From an uncultured Nitrososphaerota archaeon (lineage in GTDB: Archaea; Thermoproteota; Nitrososphaeria; Nitrososphaerales; CADDZS01): a stretch of DNA of 64,000 nt. The notes under the pieces were generated by a model, which ran no database searches, was not told the origin of the DNA, and saw only the letters and a list, made by a program, of their open reading frames with translations. Shown piece by piece: positions 9,853 through 19,300 of the stretch (positions are counted from its first letter, which is position 1; every line of letters starts with the position of its first letter). The stretch is from the NCBI GenBank assembly GCA_963799845.1, contig CAWCYI010000004.1, forward strand, positions 448,001 through 512,000. The letters are read 5' to 3'. The position numbers and the translations under genes were made by a program.

Positions 9853-10512
9853 CTATTGCTTTACTGTGATCGCTCCCTTCATCCATCCCGGATGGAAGGT
9901 ACAATAATATGGATATACTCCAGGGGTGTTGAAGGTATATTCGAAAGTTTGGCCCGGACCGAGAGCGCCGGAGTTGAAGGAAATGGAATCGCCCTGATCC
10001 GATGTCACAGTGTGATCCGCGGTATCCTTGTTCGTCCACTGGACCGTGTTATTCGTCCCAATGACAACAGTAACGTTCTGCGGTGAAAACGTGATTTGGT
10101 TGGCGACACCGCTTTGAATTGCAGAACCTGGGAGAATAACCAGAAGCGTTCCGGGAGGAGGCCCCTTCGTCGTAGCGGAAGGAGTCAGAACGAGTCCGGT
10201 AAAAACCACTCCAACGCTCAGTATTAACAGAAAACCGATGAAGACTTTCGCTGTGTAACCTGGAGATGGAAGTCCATCCTTGAATAGACCCGCAGGGAGC
10301 AGTATAAACCCGATAATCATCATGTAACCCGAAATATTTTGCATCTCTTGGAACGAAGCAATTGTAGCTCTGGGATCGCACGGGGCGCCGAAAAGGTATG
10401 GATTCCCCCCGGCCGGGTTGCAGGGAATCCCTCCGAAGAAGTACCAGGCTAATTGTCCACCTATACCAACAACCAGCATGAACAGACTGATGTAGAAGAG
10501 GTCCTTGTCCAA
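9853..10512 (-). CDS. Membrane-anchored plastocyanin/azurin-family cupredoxin
   Basis: Three TMs, then WTNKDTADHTVT and YYCTFHPGWMKG (H, C, H, M type-1 Cu ligands). Confidence 0.9.
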   Translation of the reverse strand: MDKDLFYISLFMLVVGIGGQLAWYFFGGIPCNPAGGNPYLFGAPCDPRATIASFQEMQNISGYMMIIGFILLPAGLFKDGLPSPGYTAKVFIGFLLILSVGVVFTGLVLTPSATTKGPPPGTLLVILPGSAIQSGVANQITFSPQNVTVVIGTNNTVQWTNKDTADHTVTSDQGDSISFNSGALGPGQTFEYTFNTPGVYPYYCTFHPGWMKGAITVKQ

Positions 10513-10515
10513 TTT

Positions 10516-12315
10516 CTAAGCTACCTCTTTGCTCTTTGGAATCTGATTGAGCGAACCAATTCTTGAGCTGGGTGGAGAAACTCCTGCCAGTGCCCCAGAA
10601 CCAAGCTCTGTCGCGTTTTCAACATCGGCCGCATGCACCATCGGGGCAGGGACTAGCATAGGCATTGCCTCTTCAAGAGTTGCGGGAGTTACGACCGGCT
10701 TTAGCAGCGTGGGACCGGTCAATGTCTTCAAAAGATTCCATATGAAAGGAATCTGTGCCGCAGCCACGACAATGGCGAAAAAGAATGCAATGTCAAGGTA
10801 TAGCTGGTAATTCAACGTAATAGTGAATGGTAGTAACGGGTTGATTGGCGCAAACTGTCTCCTCGCTACTCCCAGATATCCCATCGCCGTGAAAATAAAG
10901 GCCAGACCAAATCCTCCTACGACACTACCCCAGAAGTGAATTTCCCCAAGTGTCTTGCTGTACCATTGCTTCGAAGAAATTTCGGGTAGGATCCAGTAAA
11001 GAACTCCGAAGCCAGCAAAGACTATACCATCTAGACCATTAAAGTGAAAGTGACCCACCACGGCATAGGTGTTGTGAAGGTAAACGTCAAGCGAAGCATT
11101 TCCTTGCTCCACACCCCCGATCCCGCCAATAATCCATCCGAATATGCTTGCCAGCAGGAATTTCGCAGTTAGGTTCCACTCGTACTTGGATCTCCAGATC
11201 AGGGCAAGTAAAGTAAAAACAGAAATTCCGGATGCAATCCCGATAACCATTGACATGTTCTGGGACATGAACTGCAACGCAAACGGCTGAGATGTATCCA
11301 TGAATAAGTGGTGGCTGTAAACTCCCACTCCCGTAATCAAGAGAAGAGGCCATGGTGCTTTCGCCCATCTGCTACTCGAGAAGTTTCTCTTGGAGAGAAT
11401 TGGAATCAGAGTGTAGTACATTCCAATCAGAGGGAAGAACGCATAGTAGACAATTGGGTGGTAGTTTATCCAAAGAAAGTTCTTCGCAACCAGGTTGTTG
11501 AGGAATGTTGGATTGTTCAGCGACTCCCACGCGCCGTCAGCCAGTAAAGTTAGGAAAGGCGGCGCGGATACGATCATGTCGATTGTAGTTACGACGCAAG
11601 CTATGATTGCAGGCGGATAACTGAAAATCCTGGATCGAACCGCTTTTGGCATGTAAGCGTCAAAGCCGATTGATCCGGCAAACTTTGCGGACATTGAATG
11701 ATTGAATCCAGGCTTCAGGTTGTATTCGTCCTGATACTTGTTGGAGAACACTGTTCCCAAAACGATGTACGTGAAAACGAAAAGAGACACATTCGTGATC
11801 ATCATTCCGGCGAAAAATAGTAAATCTTGGGCGAGTCCCCAAGGAGCAGTCCCCGCCGGGCCGCCGTGGAATGGTAACGGGAACAGGAAATACCATCCAG
11901 GGCCGAAACCGAGAGCGGTTGAAAGCCAGACGAGATAAAACCCGATCGTAAATAGGAAAAATACAACAGGGAGAAGCTTCTCGCCGTACAGTTTTCGTTT
12001 CATATACTTCGGAATGGCGTATGCAATCAGGCCGTACGTAAAGGGAAATTGCCAACCGACGAACATTCCCAGCCCGTGAGCCGTCAGCAGCTGGCCGAAC
12101 ACCTGTGGGGTGCCGAGAGGGCCAATCGAAGATGCGGCGCCTGCTTGATCAGTCCTCATGAAAAGGGCGAGCGTGCCTGCAATGATGAAGTTTAGAAATG
12201 AAAGATAGAGCAGACGCCGCGACCACTTTCGCGTGAAGGGAGTGAGCGCTTCATTGACCGTACTTTCAGGCTTTGCAATAGTTTGAGTTGATGGACTTGT
12301 GCTCAAATTTTTCAC
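10516..12315 (-). CDS. coxA: Heme-copper oxidase subunit I (B-family/ba3-like)
   Basis: TAHG, NYHPIVY, SHHLF, GHFHF give all six His ligands plus the cross-linked Tyr. Confidence 0.9.
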   Translation of the reverse strand: MKNLSTSPSTQTIAKPESTVNEALTPFTRKWSRRLLYLSFLNFIIAGTLALFMRTDQAGAASSIGPLGTPQVFGQLLTAHGLGMFVGWQFPFTYGLIAYAIPKYMKRKLYGEKLLPVVFFLFTIGFYLVWLSTALGFGPGWYFLFPLPFHGGPAGTAPWGLAQDLLFFAGMMITNVSLFVFTYIVLGTVFSNKYQDEYNLKPGFNHSMSAKFAGSIGFDAYMPKAVRSRIFSYPPAIIACVVTTIDMIVSAPPFLTLLADGAWESLNNPTFLNNLVAKNFLWINYHPIVYYAFFPLIGMYYTLIPILSKRNFSSSRWAKAPWPLLLITGVGVYSHHLFMDTSQPFALQFMSQNMSMVIGIASGISVFTLLALIWRSKYEWNLTAKFLLASIFGWIIGGIGGVEQGNASLDVYLHNTYAVVGHFHFNGLDGIVFAGFGVLYWILPEISSKQWYSKTLGEIHFWGSVVGGFGLAFIFTAMGYLGVARRQFAPINPLLPFTITLNYQLYLDIAFFFAIVVAAAQIPFIWNLLKTLTGPTLLKPVVTPATLEEAMPMLVPAPMVHAADVENATELGSGALAGVSPPSSRIGSLNQIPKSKEVA

Positions 12316-12909
12316 CTATGATGAAGTAACATTGAACTGGCTTATCATATCCGTATGACCATACCCGCAGAACTCAAGACAGCGTATGTAATAGATTCCC
12401 GGACTCGTGAATTGGTACATTATGTTATTGTAATATTGCGGCATTACCTGTACTTGAAAAATTATTGCTCCTGCTGCATCGTAGACTCCGAAACCGTGTG
12501 TAACGTCTAAACTGGTCACGTTAAAGAAAACGGTACTTCCAACCGGTATGGGGAAGTTAGGGACGCAAGGAGATCCCCACCTGGGAGACGGCGTTAGACA
12601 CCAGGCAAACTGCTGTGCCTGGACATCGACGATCATGTTAGGTTTGATATTGCTGTGTCTATAAGGATACGGCAGGTAAGCCAGAGTTGAAACGCTAAAC
12701 ACAATGAAGATTATCACAATGATAACGACCCAGTGCTTTTCGTATTTTGCCAGCGCGTGGCTATCGCTCTCCTCGGGATGCCTCGTTGAGTAAATCACTG
12801 CGATAATGGCGACCGCGGCAATCAGCGTGCCCATAACAAAGATTATCGTTAGATAGGTAATGTTCATGCCCACGCTTGCGGGGAATATCCCAAGAGTGGC
12901 GACGCTCAA
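12316..12909 (-). CDS. coxB: Heme-copper oxidase subunit II (CuA)
   Basis: Two TMs; DVTHGF and CLEFCGYGHTDM CuA motif. Confidence 0.92.
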   Translation of the reverse strand: MSVATLGIFPASVGMNITYLTIIFVMGTLIAAVAIIAVIYSTRHPEESDSHALAKYEKHWVVIIVIIFIVFSVSTLAYLPYPYRHSNIKPNMIVDVQAQQFAWCLTPSPRWGSPCVPNFPIPVGSTVFFNVTSLDVTHGFGVYDAAGAIIFQVQVMPQYYNNIMYQFTSPGIYYIRCLEFCGYGHTDMISQFNVTSS

Positions 12910-13130
12910 AGCTGCATGCCCCTCTCAACTTACGCACTATAAATGTTATGTTGGGAAACCATTTTGGAAAAAATTATTCAAAAATAGTCTCGCCAAGAAA
13001 CAATTCGTGCTGATTTACAGTCCACTATTTGCGTCAGATTTTCTGGAGTAGATTGATTCTATGTTTCAATGATTTCTCATGTTCCAAATACGAGGCTCCT
13101 CGGATGTGTTTTTGATGGAACCATCAGCTG

Positions 13131-13598
13131 CTAACTTTGAGCTGCTAAAACGATCACGGTTCCTTTCATCCATGTGTGGTATGAGCAGTGGTAGTTGTAC
13201 GTGCCCGGAGAGGAAAAAACAAAGGTGTAGTTTGAACCTGGCGAAATGTTGCCTGAATCAAACACGTTAGTGTTTGAAGTCGCGGTATGAAATGCATAAT
13301 CCTCATTTGTCCAAGTTACACTGTTGTTCACGCCTATCTCGACTGTAATGGTGGACGGAGAGAAACCTTCGGAAGAATTTGTTCCCGCGCCGTTTTGGAT
13401 TACGACTGTCACCGTCTTTCCCGTGAAGAGAACACTGGACGTCGTACTGATTGACGCGGCAGATTCTCTGATAGATTGGGTCAGCCCGGCAGTAAGAGAA
13501 ACTCCGACGAGGACAACAAGCAGCACTCCGATCAATGTCCGCCCTACTTGGGAAGAAGATCTGGAATCCTCTTGAGAATTATTTCCCAAAAATCTCAC
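13131..13598 (-). CDS. Plastocyanin-like blue copper protein
   Basis: N-terminal TM; WTNEDYAFHTAT, YHCSYHTWMKG. Confidence 0.9.
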   Translation of the reverse strand: MRFLGNNSQEDSRSSSQVGRTLIGVLLVVLVGVSLTAGLTQSIRESAASISTTSSVLFTGKTVTVVIQNGAGTNSSEGFSPSTITVEIGVNNSVTWTNEDYAFHTATSNTNVFDSGNISPGSNYTFVFSSPGTYNYHCSYHTWMKGTVIVLAAQS

Positions 13599-13607
13599 CG
13601 TTTTCCT

Positions 13608-14543
13608 TCAGGAAGTAGAGTTCAGCCCACAGGAAGAAGCGCCGTCACCGTCGCAGTAAGCATTCGGGAGAACTATGAGATAGCCAAACATTCCGTTGGC
13701 GACGTGGTATATACACGTGAATTCGAAGACTCCCGCGTAGCTTGCCTGGAAGGCGGCGATCCCCCAAACTTCAGAGCTCGACGCGTTTGACGGAATGCTG
13801 ACGCCACTAAGATTGGCACTGCCTCCAAAGTAAACCTCGTCGGAAACTGGGATTGTGATCGGGTGCGGGTTTGAGGCGTTGCCCAGATCCGAGTGCGGGT
13901 TGGCGTTCTGTTCGGAAGCGTAATCGGAAGCTCCAAGAGCTGATAGGGAGCTTGGAGAGAGTAGACTAGAGCCAGAAACGCAGTATGATGTGGAGATCCC
14001 TGAAGATTCTTGAGCATAATTTCCATTGATGCAGCTGCTGTTAAACGTGCTTCCACTTTGCAAGAAATCAGCTGAGCCCGCGACAGTATTGTTAATCTGA
14101 AAATCGTAGGGCCCCGACGTAAGAGTGAATGTGTGCGCATCGGTGTCATTCTGAATGAACAGTATCTGCACGATGTCGCCCTGAACTACCGTGATTGTGC
14201 TGGGACAGAATCTATCCTCTCCGGAATTGTCCGTGTTGCACCAATCTATCTTTATTGGCAAAACGGTTGGTTTCTGATTAATTGAAGCGGCTGGCGGCCC
14301 TGCTTGAGTGGTCGTTGTGGTACTCGCAGAGTGAGTAACGGCCGCTATATTGTAAACAATGACTGTGGCTCCAACCCCCAGCACGAAACTAATTACTATC
14401 AGCGCGAGGGCGGCGAGAGTTGTAATCCCCGTCCTTCTTCCTCGGCTCTTACGAATGTGGTAAGAAAGAGGTACATTAGTTCGCAAAGCCCTGAAGTTAG
14501 ATGAATGGGACATAAACATTGTCGGGGATATGAAATACGTCAA
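13608..14543 (-). CDS. Membrane-anchored cupredoxin with a large insertion
   Basis: TM and Thr-rich linker; NDTDAHTF ... FTCIYHVANGMFG; true start probably downstream of 14543. Confidence 0.7.
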   Translation of the reverse strand: MTYFISPTMFMSHSSNFRALRTNVPLSYHIRKSRGRRTGITTLAALALIVISFVLGVGATVIVYNIAAVTHSASTTTTTQAGPPAASINQKPTVLPIKIDWCNTDNSGEDRFCPSTITVVQGDIVQILFIQNDTDAHTFTLTSGPYDFQINNTVAGSADFLQSGSTFNSSCINGNYAQESSGISTSYCVSGSSLLSPSSLSALGASDYASEQNANPHSDLGNASNPHPITIPVSDEVYFGGSANLSGVSIPSNASSSEVWGIAAFQASYAGVFEFTCIYHVANGMFGYLIVLPNAYCDGDGASSCGLNSTS

Positions 14544-14700
14544 ATTTTAAAGGATTTTGTTTTACACCTTTAGCGAGAAGACAATCTCTATGTCACAGTT
14601 TTTCGTTTACGATATTGCCACTGTTTTCGAGAATTTTCTCAGTGATAAAAAATCAAGAATCGCGATACTTATTTATGCGCTGAACCGAGGTTCCTCTTTA

Positions 14701-14900
14701 CCCGCGGTAGCTCAGCTTGGTAGAGCTTCCGACCTCGGATAATCAAAAGTCCCGGGGGGAGACGCTGTAGAGATCCTCGGCTCCTCAAAGAATCGTAGAG
14801 GCGCTGATCCCAACCCAGCCTATCAAGCCTACAGAAACCGGAGTGTCGTCGGTTCAAAAAGCGTGGTCAGTGAACGCGCCTGAAAGTCCGACCCGCGGGA
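14701..14900 (+). tRNA. tRNA-Tyr(GTA) with three introns: 14732-14763 (30/31), 14771-14836 (37/38), 14859-14886 (59/60)
   Basis: Acceptor CCCGCGG/CCGCGGG, D-arm GCTC/GAGC. After splicing: TCCGG-CTGTAGA-CCGGA and GTCGG-TTCAAAT-CCGAC. Central BHB helices CTTC/GGAG, CTGT/ACAG, TTCA/TGAA. Confidence 0.88.
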
Positions 14901-14901
14901 C

Positions 14902-14908
14902 TTTTTTT
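14902..14908 (+). terminator. Oligo-T terminator after tRNA-Tyr
   Basis: T-run immediately 3' of the tRNA. Confidence 0.5.
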
Positions 14909-14960
14909 CCCTGATTGCTATTGGACTATGATCTCTACGACTTTAGAGACTGCGAGGGTG

Positions 14961-16301
14961 TTAGTACCGAGTTGTCAATGTCACAAAGTAGACCCCAGAC
15001 ATTGATCCATTATTCTGAATCTCCACTACCGAATTGAAGCTTCCCGATCCTTGCTGAGGCGCAAATGTGAAAGTGAAGTTGCCCGTGAAATTGCCAACGT
15101 AACCCTTTAGATAAACGAGCGATGAGTTACTGGTTACCGATAGCCCCAGATTGATCTTACTTCCGTTCGGAATCGATACTGGGCTAGAATAATTGATCAA
15201 TTGCACCTTAACGTCCAGTGCTTTCGTCGTATTCACTGTTCCTACTTTTCCTGAAAATAGCTCTGTATACCATGGTTCGCCACTGGGTGACAAGGTACTG
15301 GTCAACATGTAACTTATGTTTCCGGCGTCCCTAATTTCCGTAGGGATAAAGTATTCAATCAAACTATTACTGACAGGGTCGAATTCTCCCATCGCGTTCC
15401 CATAGTGCTCGTTGAACCACACATTGCCGTTTTGGTCAACCCAACAAAAATAGGGAAGTGATTCGATCAGAGAATTGTTCGAAGTCGAAATCGTCTTGAA
15501 GTAGTGCGTAGTTGGATTGAACTCCGAAATAAAACTTGGGCCGTGTTGAGTCATCCATATGTTCCCGAGGGAGTCGACCGCGATCCCTACTGGTGTTGTG
15601 ATCAAACCTGTCAAGTTTTCAATTGTAAAACTGCCCTGATAGTAAGATCCGATCGAATCGGTCCCTGGGAGGGTGAACCAGACCTTCCCCGTCGAATCGG
15701 CCGTGATGCCTGATGGCTCAGGATCTCCTTTGGATGGCACTAATAGTTCATACATGGAACCGTTTGCAGCAATCTCTCCTATTTTGTTTCCTTCAAGCTC
15801 GGCAAACCAGACGTTATGATTCGTATCAATTGTTATTCCAAAAGGAAAAGCGTCTGGTGTGACCAGTTTGTGCTGCTCGAATCGATGATTATTCATATTG
15901 AAACTCCAGATCGAATTCGAAGATTCTTCAGTAAACCAGATCAAACCCAAAGAATTATCCACAGACATCCCCCAGGTCATCATACTTCCACTCTTTATTC
16001 CAGGCACACGGTATTCGTGAATTGTTCCGTTTGCCGGGATTAATTCAGCGACTGACGAATCGTTCTCCAATGTGAACCATATGTAGCCGGCAGAATCGAC
16101 GGTTATTGCGTTTGGTGAGGTTGAGGAAGATTGGGTAGGGTACTCTATGGTGTAAGCGCCTACCTGCGGTTTGGAGACGTATAGGTAACTCACCACAGTA
16201 GCAGGTTCTAGAAAATAGTACGAAAGCCCTACGACTAAAAGTGCGATAATCAGAACTCCCAGCGGGATTAGAAACCACTTCCGTCTTTTCTGTGTACTCA
16301 A
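14961..16301 (-). CDS. Vgb (virginiamycin B lyase)-like / NHL beta-propeller surface protein
   Basis: N-terminal TM; repeated P-x-G-I-x-x-D-x-x-G-x-x-W-F-x-E blades. Confidence 0.8.
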   Translation of the reverse strand: MSTQKRRKWFLIPLGVLIIALLVVGLSYYFLEPATVVSYLYVSKPQVGAYTIEYPTQSSSTSPNAITVDSAGYIWFTLENDSSVAELIPANGTIHEYRVPGIKSGSMMTWGMSVDNSLGLIWFTEESSNSIWSFNMNNHRFEQHKLVTPDAFPFGITIDTNHNVWFAELEGNKIGEIAANGSMYELLVPSKGDPEPSGITADSTGKVWFTLPGTDSIGSYYQGSFTIENLTGLITTPVGIAVDSLGNIWMTQHGPSFISEFNPTTHYFKTISTSNNSLIESLPYFCWVDQNGNVWFNEHYGNAMGEFDPVSNSLIEYFIPTEIRDAGNISYMLTSTLSPSGEPWYTELFSGKVGTVNTTKALDVKVQLINYSSPVSIPNGSKINLGLSVTSNSSLVYLKGYVGNFTGNFTFTFAPQQGSGSFNSVVEIQNNGSMSGVYFVTLTTRY

Positions 16302-16386
16302 GCGTCACACTTTATCTTAGTTGGCTGAATGTTTTGCAGCGGAACGACAGTTCGAATCCCATATTTTCCAAACCGTCGAGACGCCG

Positions 16387-18054
16387 TCACTTGCGATTCG
16401 CTCGCCTACTCGTCGGTCTTCTCCTTGAAACAAGTACTAACGAACTTACAACAACCGCCGCTAGAGCCCCACCTATCGCCGCAGCGTCAATCAACAGGGA
16501 TGGGTGGTCAGGAGAGCTTTCAACTTTCAGAGACAGGATTGTGGAATAGATGTCTCCAGTCAAGTTTGATTTTCCACTGATGGTAAGATAGTAAATCCCG
16601 GGTAAAAGACCGTTTGTCGAGATTGAAAGATTTGATACAGCTTTACCTGAAGAACTGAAGTTCAATGAAGGCGGATTAAACACGGCCGATGCATTCTGCA
16701 GATTTCCGGTGCCCGAAATTCCCGAAATATCAAGACCGATATTCTGGTTCGAGTCCGCAGAGATCATTATCGGAACGGAGATATTTCCACCGCTGGCTTC
16801 AAGCTCGGAAGTAGAGTTGCCTGTCGAAAGAATAACCGATTCATTGGAATTTGCTGGTACAAGTTCTCCAATGTTATTTCCGTCGAATTCGGTAAACCAA
16901 ACGGTTGAGTTTTCCCCGAGTGCAAGGTATAGAGTGCCGGCAATCTGGGAGCCGCAACACGGAATGGGATACTCGATCATGCTTTTTGTCGAGGGATTGA
17001 ACTCCGCAATCTTGTTACCATAATGCTCTGCGATCCAGACATCGCCATTGTTGTCTATCGCGATCCCATTCGGCAACGAGGTAGCGTAATTGGGGTTATG
17101 AGTCCGCGAAGTCCAGAATTTGTCGAGGACTTTGGAACCAATATTGTACTCGTCAAAAGAACTTACGATGTGCTCAGTGATCCAGAGTGTCTTACCATCG
17201 GGGCTGATTGCGAGCTGGCTCGGCGTCTGGAGGCTTGAGACTATCGTTTGCGCTTCGTTGTTGACTGATAGGTCAGTGGGAGGTGGGCTATTCACGATTG
17301 TAGTGAGATAACTGCTGTTCGTCGGAGCAAATTCCTGGATGCCTTTACTTGTGCCGGGTTGAAGCTCGGATGTAGTTACATATCCGATCATGTTAGAATC
17401 GGCTGCTGTAAACCAAAAGTTTCCGCTAGAATCAAACGCTATGTCAAGAGGAGCAGAGTAAAAGACTGGAAGGTCAAACGACAAAAATGTCGAATTCGTC
17501 GGAAAGAATTCGTCTATCTGATTCGAGAATTCGCACGTAAGCCAGATTGAGGACTTTGAAGCAGCGACCCCGATCGGGCCGCAGGAAAGATTTCCAGGAG
17601 CTGTTGGAATTTTGAATTCGCTTATTGTCCCCGAGACCGAGTTCAGCTCTCCCAGATTCTCTCCATTCAGCTCGGTAAACCACGGGTTTCCAGATCCGTC
17701 TACTGTGATCTGCTCGAGCAACGAATTAGGAGTAGGCACGTTAAACTCTTTGAAGGTTTTAGATTGGGGATTGAACATGCCGATCTGGTTTGATCCCGCC
17801 TCGGCAACCCAGACTCTTCCGGAAGCATCGACTGAAATGCCCCAAGGCTGAGAGGAATTTTTTGGTAGCGGGAACTGCACTATCCTGTAATTCTGCATCC
17901 CAAATGTTTGCGAGCTTGCAGTGACCATCAGGGATACCACACTAGGAGAAAAAAGAATTATCGTTGCCACGGAGACAACTATTATCGCTAGGACAAAGGT
18001 CGGGAGAATCCTGTCACTCTGAATTCTCAAATCCGGATAGTTTCCAAATCGCAT
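16387..18054 (-). CDS. Vgb-like beta-propeller protein with C-terminal TM anchor
   Basis: Same blade repeats (PWGISVDASGRVWVAE etc.); C-terminal TM and basic tail. Confidence 0.8.
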   Translation of the reverse strand: MRFGNYPDLRIQSDRILPTFVLAIIVVSVATIILFSPSVVSLMVTASSQTFGMQNYRIVQFPLPKNSSQPWGISVDASGRVWVAEAGSNQIGMFNPQSKTFKEFNVPTPNSLLEQITVDGSGNPWFTELNGENLGELNSVSGTISEFKIPTAPGNLSCGPIGVAASKSSIWLTCEFSNQIDEFFPTNSTFLSFDLPVFYSAPLDIAFDSSGNFWFTAADSNMIGYVTTSELQPGTSKGIQEFAPTNSSYLTTIVNSPPPTDLSVNNEAQTIVSSLQTPSQLAISPDGKTLWITEHIVSSFDEYNIGSKVLDKFWTSRTHNPNYATSLPNGIAIDNNGDVWIAEHYGNKIAEFNPSTKSMIEYPIPCCGSQIAGTLYLALGENSTVWFTEFDGNNIGELVPANSNESVILSTGNSTSELEASGGNISVPIMISADSNQNIGLDISGISGTGNLQNASAVFNPPSLNFSSSGKAVSNLSISTNGLLPGIYYLTISGKSNLTGDIYSTILSLKVESSPDHPSLLIDAAAIGGALAAVVVSSLVLVSRRRPTSRRANRK

Positions 18055-18112
18055 ACCGATTTTGCGTTTAAGAATTTTCGGGTTAAGTTCATGCGGCTTA
18101 ATCGTTCACCTT

Positions 18113-18742
18113 TTACGCTAGATTTCCCGACTCTTCTATCCTCTTTCTCAAGCCCAATTTCACTTCCGGCCATTCTTCCTTGGTTATCGAATACACCATC
18201 GTGTCGCGGATGGATCCATCCGATCTGAACCTGTGGTTTCTGAGCCTACCTTCAAATTTAGCCCCCAATTTCAAAATTGCTCGCTGCGAGTGAATGTTGT
18301 TATCGTCTGTCTTTAGTTGGACCCGAACTGCCCCCCAGTCCTCGAAGGCATGTTTCAAAAGCAGAAATTTACACTCCGGGTTGACGACGGTGCCTCGCAC
18401 TCTTGGAGAGTACCACGTCCATCCTATCTCGGTTCCCTTCTGCTTCGGCTGAGTGTCCATGTACCTCGTACTCCCAATTATCTTGTTAGTAGTCAGATCC
18501 CGGACGACGAAGGCGAATTCTTCGCCCCTTGCCTGAGCTGCTAGTGTCGCTTCGATCCACGATTCAACTGATTCCAGACCGTCGAGTTTTACCGACATCC
18601 AAGCCCAGTCAGAACCCTTTCCAGCTTCAACAATGTCAGGAGCAAATTGGTGAGAGATCGGCTCGAGCCTCGCGTACTTCCCTTGCAAAGTAATTGGTCC
18701 GAGCTTCTTACTTGCAATATCCATTTCCAATTTTTCATCCAT
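18113..18742 (-). CDS. GNAT (RimJ/RimL) N-acetyltransferase
   Basis: IIGSTRY, TEIGWTW, SQRAILKLGAKFEGRLR. Confidence 0.9.
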   Translation of the reverse strand: MDEKLEMDIASKKLGPITLQGKYARLEPISHQFAPDIVEAGKGSDWAWMSVKLDGLESVESWIEATLAAQARGEEFAFVVRDLTTNKIIGSTRYMDTQPKQKGTEIGWTWYSPRVRGTVVNPECKFLLLKHAFEDWGAVRVQLKTDDNNIHSQRAILKLGAKFEGRLRNHRFRSDGSIRDTMVYSITKEEWPEVKLGLRKRIEESGNLA

Positions 18743-18767
18743 GGAGGACTAGGCAACAAAACGGAAA

Positions 18768-19232
18768 TTACATCCCGGAATGTTTTGTTTTCTTGTAAAA
18801 CATTCCCGACGCCATGTCAAGTCCCTCTATGCCGAAGCTCCAAGAGACTTTCGGTGTAATCTTGAGATATTTCCCAGGACCGAACTGCCCGTCGTGATCT
18901 TCAGCTTCAGCAGTGCCGTTTACCTTGATGCATCTCGGTCTCCAGGGATCCACCGACTGGAGATCGTCGATTGTAAGCGAAACTTTCTTGTTTCCATCTT
19001 TGACATTCCTGTACTTGTGGCTTCTCACGAAAATGTCCTGGCTGTGACTTCCGACCCAAAAGTTCTGTCCGTCGAATTCTAGCCCGACCGGGACTACATC
19101 CGGCTGGCCACCTTTCGACACGGTTCCTATTCTAAGTAGTTCCTGAGATTTTATGTAATTTACTTCGGGCTCTGAAAACAACTTTCCTTCCTCTAAGCAG
19201 AATTTGATCCATAGGATATAATGATTCCACAC
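18768..19232 (-). CDS. PPOX-class F420-dependent oxidoreductase
   Basis: LRIGTV..GQPDVVPV, KYRNV, VSLTIDDLQSVDPWRPR; start likely near 19184. Confidence 0.8.
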   Translation of the reverse strand: MWNHYILWIKFCLEEGKLFSEPEVNYIKSQELLRIGTVSKGGQPDVVPVGLEFDGQNFWVGSHSQDIFVRSHKYRNVKDGNKKVSLTIDDLQSVDPWRPRCIKVNGTAEAEDHDGQFGPGKYLKITPKVSWSFGIEGLDMASGMFYKKTKHSGM

Positions 19233-19300
19233 TTGTCATGAATTCAAATGAGCACGAAATCCGGCTGTAATTGATATCGCTCTCTTTGATAAGTTCGAGC

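Noticed and set aside
10516-12315. Nitric oxide reductase (B-family-derived NOR)
   Set aside because: The active-site Tyr (HPIVY) and all CuB His ligands are retained
14771-14815. Nested intron within tRNA-Tyr intron 2
   Set aside because: The candidate BHB has a mismatched helix and pyrimidine bulge, and removing it does not restore pairing
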